IMG/VR virus record: IMGVR_UViG_3300031521_000012
Coordinates: 103,972-167,971 of that record
From: a virus
Strand: one strand, 5' to 3'
Length of the DNA stretch: 64,000 nucleotides
Shown: positions 28,745 through 37,700 of the stretch, piece by piece
Layout: each line of letters begins with the position of its first letter
How positions within the stretch are numbered: the first letter of the stretch is position 1
Translations under genes and position numbers: made by a program
The notes under the pieces: generated by a model
Told to the model about the DNA's origin: nothing
Seen by the model: the letters and a program-made list of their open reading frames with translations, nothing else
Database searches by the model: none

Positions 28745-29752
28745 ATGAAAAATTATGATATAAAGCAAATGGCTGAATACTATTTTAACAGTAAACTTAC
28801 AAACAGAGAAATTGCAAAAATTTTTAACATATCGCCATGTACTGTTACTTATCAACTAAAAAGAAATGGATATACTCTTATTGATAAAGTACAATATGGA
28901 AACAATAGAAAACATAGTATAGATTTGAATTTTTTCAAAACAATCAATTCGTCCAATAAGGCATATATTTTGGGCTTAATATTATCTGATGGCTATGTAG
29001 ATGACTATACCAAATTAACGTTTACATCTAAAGATATTGAATTGGTTAAAATTTTTAAAAAAGAATTAAAATCAGAGCATAAATTGGCAACATATGATGT
29101 GTTCGATAAAAGAACCAATAAAACATATACAAGACATTCAATACAAATAGCATCAAAAGAAATTGTTTCTGATTTAAATAAACTTGGTGTATTTTCGAAA
29201 AAATCATTCACATGTACAATGCCTGAAATACCTGAAGCATATTTTTGGCATTTTATTAGAGGACTTTTCGATGGGGACGGTTCTATAAGCAAAGGAAGTA
29301 TGCGTAAAGAAGGCGCATTACAGTTTTCGATTATAGGTTCCGAAAACATGTTGAGGGTGATAAAAAACAAATTTAAATTATATGGGTTATCAAACACTAA
29401 ATTTGAAATTACTAAATATCATTCAGAGGATGACCATATCGCAAAGTTACATTATTATTCATATAATGACTTGTTTTTTCTAAATGAAAAAATATATGAA
29501 AATTCTGAGGGTCTAAGACTGACAAGAAAATATGATGTTTTTCAAACACTAAAAGAATATAGATTAGGGACTTACGATAGAACACCATCTTTACGCCAAA
29601 TTAGCATGTATGATTTAGAAAATAATTTACTTAAGATGTATAAAAACATACATGAAGCTTGTGATGAAAATAATTTATCTTATAAAACAATACATAGAGT
29701 TGCAATGGGTGAAAGAAATCACACACACTATCTGGTTTTTAGATATGTTTAA
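28745..29752 (+). CDS. LAGLIDADG homing endonuclease with N-terminal HTH and C-terminal NUMOD1-like domain
   Basis: AYILGLILSDG and FIRGLFDGDG; the only substantial + strand gene. Confidence 0.9.
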   Translation: MKNYDIKQMAEYYFNSKLTNREIAKIFNISPCTVTYQLKRNGYTLIDKVQYGNNRKHSIDLNFFKTINSSNKAYILGLILSDGYVDDYTKLTFTSKDIELVKIFKKELKSEHKLATYDVFDKRTNKTYTRHSIQIASKEIVSDLNKLGVFSKKSFTCTMPEIPEAYFWHFIRGLFDGDGSISKGSMRKEGALQFSIIGSENMLRVIKNKFKLYGLSNTKFEITKYHSEDDHIAKLHYYSYNDLFFLNEKIYENSEGLRLTRKYDVFQTLKEYRLGTYDRTPSLRQISMYDLENNLLKMYKNIHEACDENNLSYKTIHRVAMGERNHTHYLVFRYV

Positions 29753-29766
29753 TAACAATCATATTT

Positions 29767-30291
29767 TTATTTATAAAATGTTTTATATATTAATTTATCT
29801 ATATCAGCAAAAGGAACTTTAACTGTTATATCATTTCTTCCCCAATTTTTTCTACAATACCTTCGATAATTACCTAAACCAGCTTTTTCATAATATATCG
29901 TAAATCCTTCATCGTCAATATCAGACTTTCTAACGTTTTCTTCAACTAATGTTACTAAATCGGTTCTCATTACAAGATCAAAACGATTATCTCTTTCAAA
30001 TGCAATAGCTTTTAATTCACTGACATAAAGCCAACCAATGTCGCCATGAACGTTTTTAAGTTCAACCCATGTCTTGCCATCAGCTGTATCATGCTTAATA
30101 CCTTTCACATCGATGCTTTCATAAACACCATCTTTCGCTATCATTACATCCCAATGCTCATGCATATTCTCATATCGACTCGACTTCTCACATGTATAGC
30201 CTTCGGCAATTGCTAACTTCATGAACAAATCTTCACTAATATCACCCTTAGCTAAATCATCACTAATTTTACTTCTCAATTGATCATCCAT
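29767..30291 (-). CDS. PD-(D/E)XK nuclease-family protein
   Basis: GDISEDLF..HWDV..IDVKG..WVELKNVHGDIGWLY; start set at MDDQL. Confidence 0.65.
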   Translation of the reverse strand: MDDQLRSKISDDLAKGDISEDLFMKLAIAEGYTCEKSSRYENMHEHWDVMIAKDGVYESIDVKGIKHDTADGKTWVELKNVHGDIGWLYVSELKAIAFERDNRFDLVMRTDLVTLVEENVRKSDIDDEGFTIYYEKAGLGNYRRYCRKNWGRNDITVKVPFADIDKLIYKTFYK

Positions 30292-30296
30292 TATAT

Positions 30297-30677
30297 TTAT
30301 CTTGTTACTTCGGTTACTACGCCTGTTAATTTCAACGGAAACTTTATTGGTTGCCAATTATCCAATTTATTAGACATGAATGGTTTACCACCTGCAAGTC
30401 TATTTACGGCTACGGTAATATGTGCTTTATTATTTTGTGTATGATACCCCTCAACACCAACAGCCATTACCATAAAATCCATAGCATAGTCAATAACTGT
30501 TAGCTGAACTTCCATCCCAATATCATTTCTATATTGGGAATTGATTTCACCCATGTTAATTGTTGAATGGTGTGCTAATAACTCCCAATCATCAGGAATC
30601 ATTGGCTTAAACACTTTGATTAATCTGTCGTGTGATTCTTGATCAAGAACCACTGCGCTATATGATATGTTATTCAT
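30297..30677 (-). CDS. 2H phosphoesterase (tRNA-ligase cyclic phosphodiesterase-like)
   Basis: YSAVVL..HHSTINMG..AHITVA, two HxT motifs. Confidence 0.85.
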   Translation of the reverse strand: MNNISYSAVVLDQESHDRLIKVFKPMIPDDWELLAHHSTINMGEINSQYRNDIGMEVQLTVIDYAMDFMVMAVGVEGYHTQNNKAHITVAVNRLAGGKPFMSNKLDNWQPIKFPLKLTGVVTEVTR

Positions 30678-31713
30678 TAATATGTAAATTTTTTATTAAA
30701 ATATTGAAATCATCATAATTTTTATCAATAATAAATATAAACAGAAATCCGTTTTTTATACAGGCTTCACGTTTTAACTGGTTTTTTTCAAAATCTTTAG
30801 TATATAAATATCCGTTTTTAATCTCCACAATCAAATTATATTCAGGTAATAAAAAATCAGAATAATATATTTTATTGAACTCCAAATACACATAAGGAAT
30901 TCTAGGACCTCTCTTTATATCATAATATTCATAATATTTATCAAGAAAATCTTTTTCGTAACTACCTTGATAATAAATATCTTCATATTCGTGTACTTTC
31001 ATTGCACTTTTTTGCTGTTTGTTGAAAATTTCTTCATTTTGAGAACAATATTCAACGCCATATTTTGCTAAATTAGTCTTTTTTATTTCCTCCCGCATTC
31101 TTTTTGATTGAAACAAATATTCAACACCATATTTTGCTAAATTAGTACTTTTTGTTTTAGCCCTAGCTTTGTCGGTTTGACATGCAAATTCAATACCGTA
31201 TTTTATAAAATTATTTTTCTTGATATTATTTTTAATTGTTTCATTTTGAAAAGGATGAATAGTACCATAGTTTTTCATAAAAGTTTTTTCTTTTTTTTCT
31301 TTTACACTGGCATTATTTAAAGTACATTTATTTCCATATTTACGAATGTTCGTGTCAGCTATTTTTTCTTTAATTTTTTCATCATGCATTTGATGATAAA
31401 CACCGTGCTTGTTAAAATAATTGTTTTTTCTTTTTTCTAAAACATCTTTGTTCATGGTGGGCACATCACATCCATATTTTTTAACATTAGTTTCGCATGT
31501 TTTTGCTCTTATACATTTCGCAGAACATGTCTTAGAATATCCGTCACTTATTCTCAAATACTTGGTTTCGTTTCCACAATACTTACAAATGCCATCGTTT
31601 TCATCTTTAACCCATTTATCAAAATATATTTTAGGGTGAAAATGTTTCTCGGTAATATGTGTGCCAAGTGAAATAAAATTTTTTGCAAGAAATCCACATT
31701 CTTCACAAATCAT
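30670..31713 (-). CDS. homing endonuclease-like protein (Zn fingers, KYG repeats, PD-(D/E)XK)
   Basis: CEEC..H..H; CKYC; repeated T.L.KYGV; YYSDF..IVEIK. Confidence 0.8.
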   Translation of the reverse strand: MICEECGFLAKNFISLGTHITEKHFHPKIYFDKWVKDENDGICKYCGNETKYLRISDGYSKTCSAKCIRAKTCETNVKKYGCDVPTMNKDVLEKRKNNYFNKHGVYHQMHDEKIKEKIADTNIRKYGNKCTLNNASVKEKKEKTFMKNYGTIHPFQNETIKNNIKKNNFIKYGIEFACQTDKARAKTKSTNLAKYGVEYLFQSKRMREEIKKTNLAKYGVEYCSQNEEIFNKQQKSAMKVHEYEDIYYQGSYEKDFLDKYYEYYDIKRGPRIPYVYLEFNKIYYSDFLLPEYNLIVEIKNGYLYTKDFEKNQLKREACIKNGFLFIFIIDKNYDDFNILIKNLHINE

Positions 31714-31771
31714 TTTGCCGTCACTATTTTTTTCTATATTCTTTCACAATTCATTCATTAATCATACAATA

Positions 31772-34700
31772 TTATTTCTTTTCGTTTAAATTATTGTTAA
31801 GCGTCATATCAACATTATCATCGCCAAATTCACTATATGAAAACACTAATTTATTGCCAGTTAATGTTAGTTCATTATCAAATGTTTTCACATATTTTTT
31901 ACCTTCGCCTTTTTTCACATATGCAATCGTTATATGTGGATGATATTCATCAAATTCTGAAGTGTATGGTAATGTTTTCATTAACTTATTCAATCTTGTC
32001 AATTCTTCCGAATGTACATCAAATTTAACCACATCGAATTCGTCATTTTCAAATGTTGATATTCCTGAAATCTTAATAGATATTGGCTTTAATGACGTAT
32101 TTTTCTTAAATAATTCAAATGCCTCATTAGCCTTTACATCATTATTAAAACCATATAAAATAGTGACATGTGGCTCTGTTTCTATTCCATATCCATTGTC
32201 TTTTATGTACAAGTCATCAGATTTAATTATTGAGGTTAGCTTCTTCCATTTAGGAACATCCAAATACAACATCAAACAGCCATATTCAATATCATCACTA
32301 TTAGGCGCTTCATTCATGGTAATATTCATTTTATCATCCGAGTGTGCTTGATTTGGAAATCTCGCTCTACGAATCATTTCATTGCTGATCTTATTGGCGT
32401 ATATATTGAAAAATTTAAACTGTGAACTCTTGTTTTGAGCGATTTCTGTTAATTTTTTAACATTATTTGCTTGCTGTTCACCTCTATCCATATAATCATC
32501 ACTCGTATCTGATAGTCCAAATGCATTGTTTGATGATATTCTTCTTAATAATAAGTATTGATCTTGATGATCATCGATAAAATCATATGGCTCAATAAAT
32601 CCCAAAGCCTTAGCCATCGAATTATGATTGAAATACATATCTTCAGTCGCAACATATAAATCACCGTTTTTGTCAGCAATTGCACGCACAAACGAATTAA
32701 AGCCAGACAAAGACTTAGGATTTTTGAAGATTGGTGTCCATTCTTCTGTTCTAGTGTGCTGAACATATGCTATTGGCTTTTCAGCATTAATACTTAATGC
32801 CTTTTCTTGTGCATATTTATTATCAAACTCTTTTCCAGCATCGGGAATATTAAATGCTTTTTCAGCATATTTATCACCGATACCTTCTTGTACTGAATTA
32901 TCGCCAATAGTTGTCAATAATGCATTTTTATCATTGCTTACCTTATCAGAATAGATTTTTAATAATAATGCTTTTTGTGTATCACCAATTTGCTTACCTT
33001 TTAAGCCCATCGACATTAAATCATTACCATTTACAGCTAATTCATTAATAGTCTTAGGATATTTACCCGAAAGCAGTTCTTGCGCTGCATTTTGTACTTC
33101 AGTAGGTATTATCTTGCTTTGTAGTGATACTGGCGATATAACGTACACGTTGTGAGCAATTGATCTTGCTTTAACTGCATTATCAACTTCACCTGAACCA
33201 AATGCTTGCTCATATGCTTTAATCTCCTTATAGGTATCAATATCGCCTTTTAAATTGTTTTTAAAGAATTCTGCAGGATTCGGCATTAAACGAGTTAGTA
33301 AGTAAATGTATTCACCCATTGTATGTACATCTTCGAACGGACTTCTATCGATAGTTGATTGTTGTAAATCAGTATCGAATATCTGTTGAAATATACCAGT
33401 GTCTTTAAGTAATTGTGTACCTGTTCTTTTATTACCTTTACTCACTATTTTTTGAAATTCGATTAATATTCTTTCAGGTGGAATTTCTTTAATTCTACTT
33501 GCGTTATCGATTATTAATTGCATTGTCTCAGGCTCAATAGTAAAACCAAATCTAGAAGAAAATTGAACGCTCCTGAGCATGCGGAGGGGATCATCTGCAA
33601 ATGCTTGTGGATTAACAACACGAATTATCTTATTCTTCAAGTCTTCCTGACCACCGAATGGATCGATTATGTTACCATCAATATCTTTAGCCATTGCATT
33701 AATGGTAAAGTCCCGGCGCCTAAGATCATCCTCAATAGGTAATTCATGATCAGATGTAACATCAAATCCTTTATGACCACCCTCACCAGTTGGTTTGTCT
33801 TGTCTAGGAATAGCAATATCAATATCTTCTGATGCGCCAGCTGGTTTGAACTTTAATACGCCAAATGATTTACCAACAGCATCGACTTTACCATATTTAG
33901 ATAATATTTGCTCTAGTCTATCCATTGGAATACCTGCGATAAGAATATCTAAGTCTTTAGATTCCTTGCCAAGAAATTCATCACGCACTGATCCTCCAAC
34001 CTGTAGGATTCTTCCTCCAAGATATTGTACTTCTTCTTTAAATGGTAGGTCTTGTAAAGACATCAATTCTTTCATTTCAGTTAATTCATTTTCGTTAATA
34101 CGTGTATTTGGCTCATAAAGATAGTTCAGTTCTGGAATAAAATTAAATCTAGGATTCAATATCTTAGCCTTATCCATAAATTGTTTAAACTGAGCAATTG
34201 CATCATCATAACTAGGATAACGTTTCCATGTAAAAGTAGGCAATGCTTCTCTTTCAATATCAGGTGTTGCCATAATATTAGATTCACCAAGTAATATAAC
34301 ATTTGTACTTAAATATCTTTGAACTGTTATAAATCCTGCTACTAACGGTGGTACTTGATTCCAGTTATAATAATCCAATTTGACAGCACCAACTCTATTT
34401 AGTATTCTTAACATATCATCATGAATTCCAAAGCTCTCACGTTCAGCATAAAAATTTCCCTCGGCATCAATAATTCCTCTTATATCATATCCGACACTAT
34501 CAGGTGTTTTAGGGTTTTTTATTATTTCATTTCCAATCTTATCTCTATATAATACGTTTTCGTTATCAATAAGGTTACGGTTTGCACGATATTTTTTATC
34601 AAATTCTTTAAATTCAGGCTCAACACCTTGCTTTTCAGCATACTTATCACCAATACCTTCACTAAGTCCTTTCCAATCTTTTATTGCGTGAATTTTTATG

Positions 34701-37700
34701 TGTTCATTGATGAAATTTATACCATGGTTTTTTGCTTTAGCTTTATCTAGAAATTGCTTAAATATTACTAATGCATCGTCAAACTTAGTAATACTATTCC
34801 AATCAGGTTGAGGACTTACTCTGGACTTAAAATCATCAGGAATTAAAGCTAAGTTAGATTCACCGACAAATATGTCATTTGTTCTTTCATAACGTTGTAC
34901 AGTAACAAAATTAGTTTCTAATGGCGTTTTAATATTCCATTCTTGAGCATCATTTAATAAATGCAATTCATCTAATATTCTAAGTAATGTAATATGTATA
35001 TATCTTGGATAACTTTCGATATATAAATTACCTTCTCTGTCAATAACACCCCTAACATTTCCAAAAATATTTTTCAATGAAGACGGATTTCTTATTATAA
35101 AATATTCTTCATCATCTTCTCTAAATACAATATTTTCTTGATCTTGTTGAATCAAATGATTTGTGTATTTTTTATTAAATTCTTTGAATTCTGGCTCAAC
35201 CCCTTGCTTTTCAGCATATTTATCACCAACTCCTTCTTCTATTTCTTCTTCTCTGATGCCATATAGGAAACCAGCTAGCTTATTATTATCATTTGGTAAT
35301 CTGAATGTATAGTGATTGCCTTTAACATCAAGATATATTTCCGATTGTCTTGAGCTTAAATAATTTATGAAAACAGTCTTTATTATTTCATTTATTCTAC
35401 CTGCCTTATTACCCTGTAGCATTAGATTTGGCTTTATTCCAACTAGTTGATAATCTAGCCTAATTAAACCATCATTAAATGCTTTATCATATAACTTATC
35501 AATATTATCATCAGTATATTCGAATTGTTCACCTGACAAATATACATCAACTAGATAATCTATATGTGATTGAACTTGAATAAATCTATTATCGGGTAAT
35601 ATCCAACCCAATATTCTTCTTTGTGTTAGCATATTTTTTAATGCGAATAAACCAATTCCAACATATTCATCAGTATTAACTTCTTCATCGATTTCATCAG
35701 GATGTGGTTCGACAGGCAATTTGCTTATATACTCTTTGTATATATATTTATTTATTGATTCATCACTATAGCCCAATAGTCTACCTATCTCATAAGCTTC
35801 TTCAGGTGTCTGATCATCAGCATAACCACCATGTTGCATCATTATAGTATATAGCTTCTCTGCATTTGCTTTAGCTTCAGGTGTATTTCGATAAACTACA
35901 TATGTTTCAGCATCATGATCTGTTTGCTCAACAGGGATTCCTTGAAGTCCGTTCTCAATTGCGATATTCATTAATTTGTCACGTAATGCTGGAAAATTGT
36001 TAAATGATATGATTGAAACATCTTTACTTCCATCTGCCATTGCTTGTAACGCACTTTCGTCACGATATCCTACACTTGCATCAACAGTTTCATTGATAAC
36101 ATCTTCGGATATATAATCAGCTAGTTTAGCTTTACCATCTGCATTACCAGTATAAAATTTTTCATATTCTTCAGGATTCTCATATTCTAAGTATATTGTA
36201 TTGTCACCATACTGAATAAAATTTAAGAATAACTTTTTAAGTACATCAACAACTCTTTTTTTATCATAACCATTCAAAGATAATTCAGTTCTATATTGTT
36301 TAGGAGAATATTCTGATATAACCCTCACCCATCCATCTTCATAAGCTTTTTCAAATACACCATCCCTGCCGAAACTTCTGGCATATTGTGATTCAATGAA
36401 AGCTGCGTGTCTTAGCTTCGGAACTTGTATTAATTCATCTTGTGGTGATACCCATGCCCAATATGTTTGATTATATGGAATCTGTTCTTCGTTCAATGGC
36501 TTAATAATTAAATTATTGATATCACCTTGATTACATGCAGCACTTGTATTGCCTAAACCACCTAATCTACATTTCTTCTTAACATCAACTGTGCTACTGC
36601 CAGCCATTGAAGAAGTTATTCTTTCGTTAACAGTCATGTGGTATCTATCGTTACCTATTTTATCAACAATCTTGCCTTTAAAATATTTAATCAATAAATC
36701 CTTCATATATGGATTTACCACATCTAAATTTAATTTAACTTTATTACCAAACATGCTACGGTACTCTTTAAACTGATTAATACCATCTTGTGTCAATTCA
36801 CGACCAATTCCAGTACCACGATACTTTTCATCAACTACAACATCAAACGAAAATTGATTATCTGATGCATCAAATTCTGAAAAGATTGCACCTGCAACAA
36901 CACCATCTTTCAAGACAAAGCCAGTTAATTCTTTACCACGTAAAATATTAATACCACTTTTTCTTGCTATTTCAACTGATTGATTATATACATCTTCTCT
37001 GTCGTATTCAGCTTCGTCTTCATCATAATTCATATCATCACCATCTTCAGAATATCCTATTACTTCTTCATCAACAACATATTCATCTTGTGTTGCATCA
37101 TCAACATGTGAATTTTCTAAATCCTCAGTATACATTGCAGAATTGGCATTTAGATCGTTTTCGATTGATGGTGATGTATCAATTGGATTATATGAAGGAA
37201 AATCATCTGTAGTTGTCAATGAAGTAGCATCTTCATCAACTTCAATTTGCTTAGTTGTATTTGGATTGGGGTATTCCCGTTCACTGAAACCAATATCGAA
37301 AAAGCCAATAACACCGCTTTTCTTATAACCTAGATTCTCTGGTCTTATAAAATCATAGCTTTCAACACCATTTTCTTGTGCTTCTTTAGCTATGTTTAAT
37401 ACACTATCGAAAAAATATTTATCATCAGGATTCTTATCCAAATATTTTTGAACCTTATTATACCCTGCTTCGCCCAAGTAATTAGCTAAAACATCTGTTA
37501 TCACATCGCTAAAATGTAAACCCAATATTTTGCTAAAAGCAAAATTCATTCGGTCTGTTAATCGTTTAAAATTACCATCTGTTTTTAATTTTTCCAATAT
37601 AATTGCAAAAAGATTTTCTTTTAACTTGTTAGATCGTGATTTAATTGCGTAAACATCATAAATATCAGCAATGTACTCCAATCTTTTACCTATAAGTTCA

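Noticed and set aside
34591-35236. 70-bp direct repeats as DGR template/variable repeats or CRISPR repeats
   Set aside because: Differences are mostly synonymous and not adenine-specific; the repeats are in-frame coding; no reverse transcriptase or cas gene is present
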